Translations under genes and position numbers: made by a program
Part shown: in pieces, positions 27,947 to 36,389 of the stretch
How positions within the stretch are numbered: position 1 is the first letter of the stretch
Layout of the letters: each line of letters begins with the position of its first letter
The notes under the pieces: generated by a model
The model's input: only the letters and a program-made list of their open reading frames with translations
Database searches by the model: none
What the model was told of the DNA's origin: nothing
NCBI GenBank assembly: GCA_018882725.1
Contig: VERK01000001.1
Location: forward strand, 1 to 43,758
Source of the DNA: Actinomycetota bacterium
GTDB lineage: Bacteria; Actinomycetota; Acidimicrobiia; Acidimicrobiales; Ilumatobacteraceae
Direction: 5' to 3'
DNA: 43,758 nucleotides

Positions 27947-28062
27947 CCACCTCCTTCGCCGTGATGACAGGCGGGGAAAATCGTACCGGTGCAGGGTGGA
28001 CGCACCGTGTCGCCCGGGTGGTCACTCCCTCTCGGGGCGGTAGCGTTCGAGACCTGTTACTC

Positions 28063-28148
28063 GGGCGAGTGGCGGAATGGCAGACGCGCTGGCTTCAGGT
28101 GCCAGTGTTCGCAAGGACGTGGGGGTTCAAGTCCCCCCTCGCCCACCA
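28063..28148 (+). tRNA. tRNA-Leu (anticodon CAG), long variable arm, CCA encoded
   Basis: Acceptor GGGCGAG/CTCGCCC, anticodon stem CTGGC/GCCAG with loop TTCAGGT, extended variable arm, T arm GGGGG-TTCAAGT-CCCCC, discriminator A, then CCA. Same position as leuT after fhaA in mycobacteria. Confidence 0.95.
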
Positions 28149-28216
28149 ACACTGTTCTTTTGGTGCGAGTTCTTTACCCCTGAGGTTGAAAATCCTCACC
28201 AGATCGACGGGGTGGG

Positions 28217-29752
28217 TCAGAGGCCGAGGCGTTGGAACTGATCGTTCGGTGCGTCGATGTCGCGGAGAGCGGATCGAAGGACGCCTTCCATCCGGTCGGC
28301 GAGATCGGTGCTGGACAAGTCACGATCTTCGAGAGGATCGCCGACCACATCGAACAACAGGTCCCGTGACGACGCGACGTTGGTGAGGGCCCAGAAGGGA
28401 ACAGCGTCTCCCGATCCGAAGGGTTGCCGGATCACCGGGACCGACGAACCGGGCATGTAGTCGAGTGTCGCGCGATGGTCGGGTTTCGGCAGTCGAACGT
28501 TCGGCATCGCGTGAATGGGCATGGTCGACCACCGGTTCGACCACATCGACAACGGTCGATTGTCGTTGCGAGGAGCCCGCACGTACTTGAACTGATCGTG
28601 GACGATCTGAACAGCCCGTCCCCACACTCCCGTCAGTACGTAGTCGCGCACCGCAGAGGTGTCTCCACTGATCAGTGGACCGAGCGAGTGTCCGTGCGTT
28701 CGGTGATCGACCGACACTCCGAAGATGTCGCACAGCGTGGCGAAGATGTCGACCGTCGTGGTGAGAGCGGAGTTCGTGTGGGCGGCCACTCCGGGCCAGG
28801 CCACCATCAAGGGAATGTGGCCGAGCGGTTCGTACACCGGAACTCCCGGTTTGCCGAACACGTCCTTCTCACCGAGGTAGTGGCCGTGGTCGGTGCATAC
28901 GATCACCGCGGTGTCCTCCCACAGACCACGACGATCGATCGCGTCGAGCAGTCGGCCGAACTGGTGGTCGATGAACGACAACTTGGCTCCGTAGTTGGCG
29001 CGAATGTGTCGTGCCGTCCGCGCGTCGAGTTTCCCCGAGGCCACCGCATCGGCCAAGTAGGGAGGCCAGATCACCTTCGGGCCGTCCCACTCGGGGTCGT
29101 ACATCGACATCCACGGCTCTGGAACATCGAACGGTTCGTGAGGATCGAACTCGTCGACGAACAACATGAATCGTCGATCGGACGACGCTTCGTGTTCGAT
29201 CCACCGTGCCGCGTGCGACATCGTGCGTGCACCGGGGAAGTCGTCCTCTGTCTTGAACCAGGTGCGCGTCGTGTCGTAGTGGCGAGCCACCCACGATTCG
29301 TCCGCCGGAACCGCCGGCGCCCCGACCCATGATGGATCAGGCGCGGTGCGCCACGGATCGTCCTCGTGCCCTCGCACGTAGTCCCATGCGGTGAAGTCGG
29401 TGTGGTAGTTCTCGCCGCCGGTCTCGAATAGATGTGGGTGATCTGACACCAGCATCGTGGTGACACCCGCCTGTTGGAGATGACGAGTGATCGGGTCTTC
29501 CCACAACTCGATCGAACCCCACGGACGCCACAGGAAATCCCACGACCCGCAGAGGATGTCGTGACGCGCCGGCATGCATGGCAAAGATCCGGTGTAGTGG
29601 CGGTCGAACCTCACTGCTCGCCGTGCGAATCGGTCGAGGTTCGGGGTGTCGAATTCAGTGCCGCCGTACGCACCGATCATGTGGCGATTCAGGCTGTCGA
29701 GGAGAACGACGACGACGTTCTTCGGTGTTGCGATGTCCCCCACGCCGAGCAC
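28217..29752 (-). CDS. Cys-type sulfatase (formylglycine-dependent family)
   Basis: 511 aa, GTG start. N-terminal VVVVLLDSLN and the sulfatase signature SLPCMPARHDILCG (C-x-P-x-R). Confidence 0.88.
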   Translation of the reverse strand: MLGVGDIATPKNVVVVLLDSLNRHMIGAYGGTEFDTPNLDRFARRAVRFDRHYTGSLPCMPARHDILCGSWDFLWRPWGSIELWEDPITRHLQQAGVTTMLVSDHPHLFETGGENYHTDFTAWDYVRGHEDDPWRTAPDPSWVGAPAVPADESWVARHYDTTRTWFKTEDDFPGARTMSHAARWIEHEASSDRRFMLFVDEFDPHEPFDVPEPWMSMYDPEWDGPKVIWPPYLADAVASGKLDARTARHIRANYGAKLSFIDHQFGRLLDAIDRRGLWEDTAVIVCTDHGHYLGEKDVFGKPGVPVYEPLGHIPLMVAWPGVAAHTNSALTTTVDIFATLCDIFGVSVDHRTHGHSLGPLISGDTSAVRDYVLTGVWGRAVQIVHDQFKYVRAPRNDNRPLSMWSNRWSTMPIHAMPNVRLPKPDHRATLDYMPGSSVPVIRQPFGSGDAVPFWALTNVASSRDLLFDVVGDPLEDRDLSSTDLADRMEGVLRSALRDIDAPNDQFQRLGL

Positions 29753-29793
29753 CCTAGGTGATGACGGGCGAGCCTCGATCGGACGCTGATCGA

Positions 29794-30597
29794 TCAGAAG
29801 ACGGTGTAACCGCCGTCGACGGTCACTTCCTGACCAGTGTGATACGTCAGCGCCGGATCGGCGAGGAACGCGCCCACTTCACGGAATTCAGTGGCGTCGG
29901 CCCACCGGCGCACGGGAGTACGGCGGATGGTCACATCGCGGAACTTGTCGTTGGCGTAGGCGGGACCGGCCATTTCGGTGATCGTCCAACCTGGAATGAG
30001 TGAGTTCACCCGAATGCCGTGACGAGCCAGACCAACAGCTAGTGCGCGCATGAGGCCGTTCAGCGCAGTCTTCGACGTTCCGTACGCTTCGTTGCCTGCG
30101 GCGCCGTGAATCGCCGATGTCGACGACACGAGAACGAGCGAGCCGCCGGTTCCTTGTCGCACGAGATGTCGGGCGGCCTCGCGGACCGTCACGAATACTC
30201 CGTCGAGATTGGTGGCCATGACCTCGCGCCATTGATCGAGTGTCAAGTCGAGGAACGGAACACCGTGTCCTGAACGTCCTGCATTGGCGAAGCACCCATC
30301 GAGTCGACCGAAGTCGGCCACGGTGCGGTTCATCGATTCGATCACTTGCTGCTCGTCGGACACATCGCATTCGTATCCACGAGCGGCGACACCGTGACCC
30401 TTGAGAACGTCGACTGCTTCGGCATTGCGGTCGGCCCGCCGACCCCACACGGCAACCGATCCGCCGACTGCGGCGATTCCCTCGGCCATACCGAGACCGA
30501 TACCCGAGTTGCCGCCGGTCACCACGAACACCTTGCCGGTCAGATCGGTGCGCCCGCGCGGATTGGAATGACTGGTCATGTTGTCACCGTAGAACAT
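29794..30597 (-). CDS. SDR-family oxidoreductase
   Basis: 267 aa. TGGNSGIG cofactor motif and the YGTSK catalytic YxxxK. ATG 30579 is an alternative start. Confidence 0.85.
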   Translation of the reverse strand: MFYGDNMTSHSNPRGRTDLTGKVFVVTGGNSGIGLGMAEGIAAVGGSVAVWGRRADRNAEAVDVLKGHGVAARGYECDVSDEQQVIESMNRTVADFGRLDGCFANAGRSGHGVPFLDLTLDQWREVMATNLDGVFVTVREAARHLVRQGTGGSLVLVSSTSAIHGAAGNEAYGTSKTALNGLMRALAVGLARHGIRVNSLIPGWTITEMAGPAYANDKFRDVTIRRTPVRRWADATEFREVGAFLADPALTYHTGQEVTVDGGYTVF

Positions 30598-30675
30598 CCA
30601 CTTGGTCGTGTTCCGAGCCGGATCACTAGCCTCACCTCGTCACTCGACGACACTCAACGACCAGCGGAGGAACAC

Positions 30676-31476
30676 ATGAAGATCGCCGATTTGTTCTCGG
30701 TTCAGGGCAAGGTCGTCCTGGTGACCGGAGGGTCTCGTGGTATCGGCGAAATGATCGCCGGCGGGTTCCTTGCCAATGGAGCCAAGGTGTACATCTCGTC
30801 GCGCAAAGCCGATGTGTGCAACGAAACCGCCAAGCGCCTGTCCGACACCTTCGGCGGTGAGTGCATTTCGCTGCCGGCCAACTTGGCCGACATGGCGGGT
30901 ATCGACGGCTTGGTGAAAGCGCTGAGTGAGCGCGAGAACCATCTCGACATCCTCATCAACAACGCAGGTGTGTCGTGGGGAGCGCCGCTCGACGAGTTTC
31001 CCGAGGTCGGCTGGGACAAGGTCTTCGACACCAACGTCAAGGGCGTCTTCTTTCTCACCCAGAAGTTGCTCCCGTTGCTCGAGGCTCGCGCAACCAACGA
31101 CGACCCGTCGCGTGTCGTGAACATCGGATCGATCGACGGCATCCGCACACCCATCTTCGACACTCATTCGTATGGTCCGTCGAAGGCCGCTCTTCATTCG
31201 TTGACTCGGCAGATGGGCTCGAAGTTGGTGAAGCGCAACATCATCATGAATGCCATCGCCCCCGGACCGTTCCCCACGTGGATGCTCAGCACCGGAGTGG
31301 GTACTGGCGGTGACGTCGACAACACCGACTGGAGCGTGGTGGCTCGCGGCAATCCGCGCAAGCGAGTCGGCACTCCTGAAGACATCGCTGGCCTGGCCAT
31401 CTTCTTGTGCTCGCGCGCGGGCGCTTACACCGTGGGCGAAGTGATCGCCTGTGACGGCGGACAGGTCAACAGCTGA
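30676..31476 (+). CDS. SDR-family oxidoreductase
   Basis: Track ORF 30346..31476 trimmed to ATG 30676, which is preceded by GGAGG (266 aa). TGGSRGIG, NNAG and YGPSK motifs. Confidence 0.88.
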   Translation: MKIADLFSVQGKVVLVTGGSRGIGEMIAGGFLANGAKVYISSRKADVCNETAKRLSDTFGGECISLPANLADMAGIDGLVKALSERENHLDILINNAGVSWGAPLDEFPEVGWDKVFDTNVKGVFFLTQKLLPLLEARATNDDPSRVVNIGSIDGIRTPIFDTHSYGPSKAALHSLTRQMGSKLVKRNIIMNAIAPGPFPTWMLSTGVGTGGDVDNTDWSVVARGNPRKRVGTPEDIAGLAIFLCSRAGAYTVGEVIACDGGQVNS

Positions 31477-32355
31477 TCAGATCCGCTCGAGGGTGGCGCC
31501 GTCGAACAACGGCGTGAGTTGTTCGGTTGCGATCAGTTCGTCGATGTCGAGGGTGGATGGCGCCGTGATCGTTCGCTGAGCCGCTTCGAGGATGTGCGGT
31601 AGAAGCGTCGCGTCACTCGACGTGTTCAGGAAGAGATCGTCGTTCGACAGCACGAAACGAACGGCGGTCACGATCGATGCCGGTTCGGTAATGGGCTCGT
31701 ACCAGCTGCGATGACCGGACGGACCATCGTCCCAGCGGCGACGGGCGATCGACTTGATGGTCTGCATCGCGACACCGCGGGTTCCACAGATTTCGCGGAG
31801 TTTCCTGACGTCGCGTTCGTACTCGGGAATGCGCATCAGGCTCGGATTGAAGGGGAACAGAACCGAGTCGAACGCGAACCGTTCGAGACTGCGCACGTGC
31901 ATCGACGGAATACGAAGTCCGTGGCCTGTGACTCCGATGTGACGCACCAGTCCTTCGTCGCGAGCACGGATGAGCGCAGGCAGCGCACCATCATCCGACA
32001 TGGCCAGCTTCCACTCGTCGTCTTCCACCAGGTTGTGCATCTGGATCAGGTCGATGGAATCGACACCCATGCGTTGGAGCGACGACTCGAGTTGTCGACG
32101 CGCTCCGTCGGCCGTGCGCTTCTCGGTCTTGGTCGCGAGGAAGACCTCCGATCGGTGCCCGCGGAGCCACGGTGCGAGTCGTTCTTCCGATGCTCCGTAC
32201 GACGCTGCGGTGTCGATGTGGTTCACGCCAGCAGCGAACGCGAGATCGAGAGTCGTGATCGCGCGACTCTCGCTCATACCACCGAGGGCGGCCGCGCCGA
32301 AGATGACTCGCGACGACTGGTGGCCGGTTCGCCCGAAGGGTGCGGTGATCAGCAT
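31477..32355 (-). CDS. Aldo/keto reductase
   Basis: 292 aa. AKR pattern (GVNHIDTAASYG, VFLATK, IDLIQMHN). Its stop codon abuts the stop of the convergent SDR (TGATCA). Confidence 0.85.
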   Translation of the reverse strand: MLITAPFGRTGHQSSRVIFGAAALGGMSESRAITTLDLAFAAGVNHIDTAASYGASEERLAPWLRGHRSEVFLATKTEKRTADGARRQLESSLQRMGVDSIDLIQMHNLVEDDEWKLAMSDDGALPALIRARDEGLVRHIGVTGHGLRIPSMHVRSLERFAFDSVLFPFNPSLMRIPEYERDVRKLREICGTRGVAMQTIKSIARRRWDDGPSGHRSWYEPITEPASIVTAVRFVLSNDDLFLNTSSDATLLPHILEAAQRTITAPSTLDIDELIATEQLTPLFDGATLERI

Positions 32356-32402
32356 GAGGCGACCGTAGTGCCTCGGAAGTAGGGTCGGACGTGGGAGGAC
32401 AG

Positions 32403-33902
32403 ATGATGACCACCAACCACTTCGATGTCCTGATCGTGGGAGCCGGAATTTCCGGTATCGGCTCGGCGTATCACTTGAAGACGTTGTGCCCCGATCGCTC
32501 GTTCGCCATTCTCGAAGGCCGCCCCGATATCGGCGGCACCTGGGACCTCTTCCGCTATCCGGGTGTTCGATCCGATAGCGACATGCACACGCTCGGCTAC
32601 AGCTTCAAGCCTTGGACCGACGCCAAGGCGATTGCTGATGGTCCATCGATCATGAAGTACCTGCGAGCCACCGTGCAGGAATTCGGAATCGCGCCGCACA
32701 TCAAGTTCAACCACTTGGTCTCGCGGGCCGAGTGGAACTCCGAGACCGCCACCTGGACGCTCACGGCGAAGCGCGCTGACACCGGTGAAACAGTCACGTA
32801 TTCGTGCAACTTCCTGCACATGTGTTCGGGCTACTACTCGTACAAAGAGGGGTACACCCCCGAATTCCCGGGCCGCGATCGATTCCGGGGCACGATCATC
32901 CATCCGCAGAAGTGGCCCGAGAACTTCGACTACTCGGGTAAGCGAGTGGTCGTCATCGGTTCGGGTGCCACTGCTATGACCGTGGTACCGGCGATGGCCG
33001 ACAAAGCCGCGCACGTGACCATGCTTCAGCGTTCGCCCACCTACGTCGTCGCTCGTCCCGATGTCGATCGTGTCGCCGAGATGTTGAAGAAGGTGTTCCC
33101 TGAGAAGGCGGCCTACGCCATCACCCGCAAGAAGAACACGGTGCTGCAGGGCTTCTTCTACGGACGTACTCGTACCCAGCCCGACAAGGTGAAGGCCACT
33201 CTCCTCGCCGGCGTCCGTCAGGCACTCGGTCCCAACTTCGACGTCGACAAGCACTTCACGCCGTCCTACAACCCGTGGGATCAGCGCATGTGTCTTCTCA
33301 CCAACGGCGATCTCTTCACGTCGATTAACGCCGGCCGGGCGTCGGTCGTGACCGATCACATCGACACGTTCACCGAAACCGGCATTCGTCTGAAGTCGGG
33401 TGACGAACTCGAAGCCGATGTGATCGTGACCGCGACCGGACTCAACCTGGTCACTCTCGGCGAGATGACGTTCGAGGTCGATGGCGAGGTCGTCGACTTC
33501 GCTCAGACCTGGACCTATCGAGGTGTCGCGTACTCCGATGTTCCGAATCTGGTCTCGACGTTCGGATACATCAATGCATCGTGGACATTGCGGGCCGACT
33601 TGGTGAGCACTTTCGTGTGTCGTCTTCTCAATCACATGCGTGACACCAAGACCGTTCAGGTCACTCCACGACTTCGAGCGAGCGATCGCAACATGACGCC
33701 GCGCCCGTGGATCGAACAGTTCTCGGCTGGTTACATGCAACGCACGATGGATCAGATGCCCAAACAGGGCGATCGTGAACCGTGGGTCAACCCGCAGTCG
33801 TTCAAGATCGAACGTAAGACCATCGGTAAGGGACGCCTCGACGACGGAGTTCTTCAGTTCACGCAGCCGCGGGTTCGCGAGTCGGTGTCGGCGGGCGAGT
33901 AG
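32403..33902 (+). CDS. Flavin-containing / Baeyer-Villiger-type monooxygenase
   Basis: The track ORF opens at GTG 32391. ATG 32403/32406 follows GGGAGG (about 499 aa). FAD motif VGAGISG, BVMO fingerprint FRGTIIHPQKW, NADP motif GSGATA. Confidence 0.88.
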   Translation: MMTTNHFDVLIVGAGISGIGSAYHLKTLCPDRSFAILEGRPDIGGTWDLFRYPGVRSDSDMHTLGYSFKPWTDAKAIADGPSIMKYLRATVQEFGIAPHIKFNHLVSRAEWNSETATWTLTAKRADTGETVTYSCNFLHMCSGYYSYKEGYTPEFPGRDRFRGTIIHPQKWPENFDYSGKRVVVIGSGATAMTVVPAMADKAAHVTMLQRSPTYVVARPDVDRVAEMLKKVFPEKAAYAITRKKNTVLQGFFYGRTRTQPDKVKATLLAGVRQALGPNFDVDKHFTPSYNPWDQRMCLLTNGDLFTSINAGRASVVTDHIDTFTETGIRLKSGDELEADVIVTATGLNLVTLGEMTFEVDGEVVDFAQTWTYRGVAYSDVPNLVSTFGYINASWTLRADLVSTFVCRLLNHMRDTKTVQVTPRLRASDRNMTPRPWIEQFSAGYMQRTMDQMPKQGDREPWVNPQSFKIERKTIGKGRLDDGVLQFTQPRVRESVSAGE

Positions 33903-34809
33903 CCGGCTGCCAACCGGGTCGACCGAACACGAACTTGGCCCGGTCCGGCCAGTTGTCGGCCGACGCCACGTCGCGGCCGATGTCGACCATCTCGTGATAC
34001 GCGACCTTCACGGGGTTGTAGAAGTCGATGTTCTTCGTGAGTCCGTAGCGCACGCGTCGGATCTCGGGCGCGAACGTCTTGAAGATCTTGTCCCAGACGA
34101 TCAGGATGCCGCCGTAGTTCTTGTCGATGTATTGCTGGTTGGCTCCGTGGTGAACCCGATGGTGGGACGGAGTGTTGAAGACCTTCTCGATCGGCTCGGG
34201 TAGACGGTCGATTGCTTCGGTGTGAATCCAGTACTGGTAGAGCAAGTTGAGTTGCGAAGCCTTGGCCGTGGCCTTCAATGGGAAGCCGAGCAGCGGCATC
34301 GGCCAGTACACCCACGACATCAGCCAGAACGACCACGGCTGTCGAAGCGCGGTCGACAAGTTGTATCGACGCCCGGAGTGATGCGCGATGTGGTTGCCCC
34401 AGAACAATCGAACTTCGTGCATCCACCGGTGGTTCCAGTAGTAGAGGAAGTCCCACACGACCATCGCCTTGAGCAGCGAGAAGCGGCCACCACCGATGTT
34501 GGACACACGACGGGCGAACAGTCGGCGATTGATGCGGCCGAGCACACCCTGCAGTGCGAAGCCCATGACGACATTGCCGACCAGCAGTCCGAGGCTCGAT
34601 GCAGTGTCCTTCTTCTCGTAGCCGAGTGGGACGAGCGGATCGGGTGTCGGCGAGCCATTGTCGGCCGGAATGGGTGCGTTCATCGGCTCGAGTTCGCGAC
34701 GCGGCTTCTTTTTCAGCGTGCGGTGTTCGGCGACCATGGTGGCGACGAAGATCGGCAACGTGAGTCGGTCGATCAGATCAACTTGTGAGAGCACCGACTT
34801 CTTGGCCAC
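33859..34809 (-). CDS. Sterol desaturase / fatty acid hydroxylase family membrane protein
   Basis: 316 aa. Three His boxes (HRWMHE, HIAHHS, HHRVHH) and TM segments. Its 3' end overlaps the monooxygenase 3' end by 44 nt. Confidence 0.85.
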   Translation of the reverse strand: MAKKSVLSQVDLIDRLTLPIFVATMVAEHRTLKKKPRRELEPMNAPIPADNGSPTPDPLVPLGYEKKDTASSLGLLVGNVVMGFALQGVLGRINRRLFARRVSNIGGGRFSLLKAMVVWDFLYYWNHRWMHEVRLFWGNHIAHHSGRRYNLSTALRQPWSFWLMSWVYWPMPLLGFPLKATAKASQLNLLYQYWIHTEAIDRLPEPIEKVFNTPSHHRVHHGANQQYIDKNYGGILIVWDKIFKTFAPEIRRVRYGLTKNIDFYNPVKVAYHEMVDIGRDVASADNWPDRAKFVFGRPGWQPATRPPTPTREPAAA

Positions 34810-34823
34810 GTCGGCAGGTTAAT

Positions 34824-36389
34824 TCAGTGGTCAGGCGACACGATCAGCGCACGGTCGACCAGGCGGTCGATGCGCTGTTGGATGAGATCGTCGAGAACGG
34901 TCTCATCAGTCGTCGGCTCATCGTTCACCTCGACGACCACGAGTCCGGCCTCGATGTCGCGTCGGGCGGCTGCGGTGAGGCCGAGTCGATCCCGGGTGCC
35001 GTCCATCGCCACCAACAGCGATCGTTCGAGATCGTCGAGAGTGACTTCCTCGTGGCGAAGGTTGGTGACCACCGATGAAGGCTGAGCGGCCTGAGCGCGA
35101 GCGACGGCGAAGCCGACGGGTCGGTCGGGTAACTCCTCGGCGAACGGCCGCTTCCAGGTTCCGACCAGAAGACGACCTTCGATGAAGCCGTCTCGTACCC
35201 ACGCGAGTACTCGATCGGCACAGTCGGAGCCGACCTGGTTGGCGACGAGATCGATCAACTCGGCGACGGGTAGTCCGTGGCGGCCAGCCCGGGCGACGTG
35301 CCACGGCGCGAGAACCGCTACGGGGTCGCCCGATGTGACTTGGAAGTTTCCGTCGTCCCCGATCGACACTTCGATGTCGTCATCCAGATCGAGTTCGACG
35401 TCACCGTCGTCGTTGACGGCCAAGTTCGCAACGATCATCGACGTGAAGCGATCCGGATCGAAGTCGTACGACACCGGCGAACCTCTGCGCACCAATAGTG
35501 AACGGCGGAAATGTCGCAAGGTCAACAGGTCGAGTAGTTGTTGCGACTCGACGTGAGCGACCTGCTGATCGGCACTGCGGGCTCGCTCGCGAACGATTCG
35601 CCCACCCTCTTCGCCCAGTTGCTCGGGGACGACGCTGAGAATTTCGGCGTCGGTCACGTAGTCGAGCCCGACGTCATTCGCGGCCTTCACGAAATCGGTG
35701 AAGTAGCACGGAACGTTGTCGTCGACGAGGTGCTCGAAATAGAGGTAACGGTCGGACAGTCGCGAGAGCAGAGTCAATTCGCTGTCGAGCCAGGTCTTCA
35801 GTGGAAGTGTTTCGGGCACGCGCTCGCCGAGAAGTTGCATGAACGAACGGGCCGAATCGATTCGTGCCCGTGGCTCATCCGGGGGTACCTCGAGAGCGAA
35901 CATCGAGCGGAGCATCCCGCGAGCGTGCCATCCGGGATACGTGTTGTAACTCACGTAGGCGATGCCGTGCTCGTCGAGATGTCGAGCACACACCTCGAGG
36001 ATTGCCCGACGCGCGTCCTCGGGAACCCACGAGTACACGCCGTGGCAGATGATGTAGTCGAACGCACCCCACTCGGTGGGTACGTCCCGGACATCCATGG
36101 CCTCGAAGCGAACGTTGGTGAGCCCAAGCTGGGAGGCGAACTCGCGAGCGGCGTCGATCTGTGACGGCGCCAAGTCGATTCCGACGAATTCGGCGCCAGG
36201 AAGCAGAGAAGCGAGTGGAATGAGGTGACCACCGCGAGCACAGCCGATCTCGAGGACGCGACATTCGTTCACTGGACGACTCGCGATTCCGGACAACAGT
36301 CCGAGGGTTCGCATCCAATCGGGGTGCGCCATCCAGAACGGAAGATTCTCGTACTGAAGCGTGTCGTAGGCCTGGTCGGCGCTGTTCAT
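34824..36389 (-). CDS. Class I SAM-dependent methyltransferase with C-terminal methyltransferase-regulatory domain (PKMT-like architecture)
   Basis: Track ORF 34824..36674 trimmed to ATG 36389, which overlaps the ABC-F stop (ATGA). 521 aa. SAM motif I VLEIGCARGGHL, FVGIDL, DYIICHGVYSWVP, then a roughly 300-aa C-terminal extension. Confidence 0.75.
   Translation of the reverse strand: MNSADQAYDTLQYENLPFWMAHPDWMRTLGLLSGIASRPVNECRVLEIGCARGGHLIPLASLLPGAEFVGIDLAPSQIDAAREFASQLGLTNVRFEAMDVRDVPTEWGAFDYIICHGVYSWVPEDARRAILEVCARHLDEHGIAYVSYNTYPGWHARGMLRSMFALEVPPDEPRARIDSARSFMQLLGERVPETLPLKTWLDSELTLLSRLSDRYLYFEHLVDDNVPCYFTDFVKAANDVGLDYVTDAEILSVVPEQLGEEGGRIVRERARSADQQVAHVESQQLLDLLTLRHFRRSLLVRRGSPVSYDFDPDRFTSMIVANLAVNDDGDVELDLDDDIEVSIGDDGNFQVTSGDPVAVLAPWHVARAGRHGLPVAELIDLVANQVGSDCADRVLAWVRDGFIEGRLLVGTWKRPFAEELPDRPVGFAVARAQAAQPSSVVTNLRHEEVTLDDLERSLLVAMDGTRDRLGLTAAARRDIEAGLVVVEVNDEPTTDETVLDDLIQQRIDRLVDRALIVSPDH

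Noticed and set aside
28149-28216. Lower-GC spacer after tRNA-Leu as a possible integrative-element att site
   Set aside because: I found no integrase or excisionase, no repeat of the tRNA 3' end downstream, and only a weak 5-bp hairpin (TGAGG-N8-CCTCA).
31474-31479. Convergent SDR and AKR genes abut exactly (TGATCA; both stop codons in one 6-nt palindrome)
   Set aside because: A curiosity of tight packing. No structural or regulatory element can be inferred from 6 nt.
32349-33740. 463-aa ORF antisense to the BVMO-type monooxygenase
   Set aside because: Shadow ORF. FAD, NADP and BVMO fingerprints are on the plus strand.
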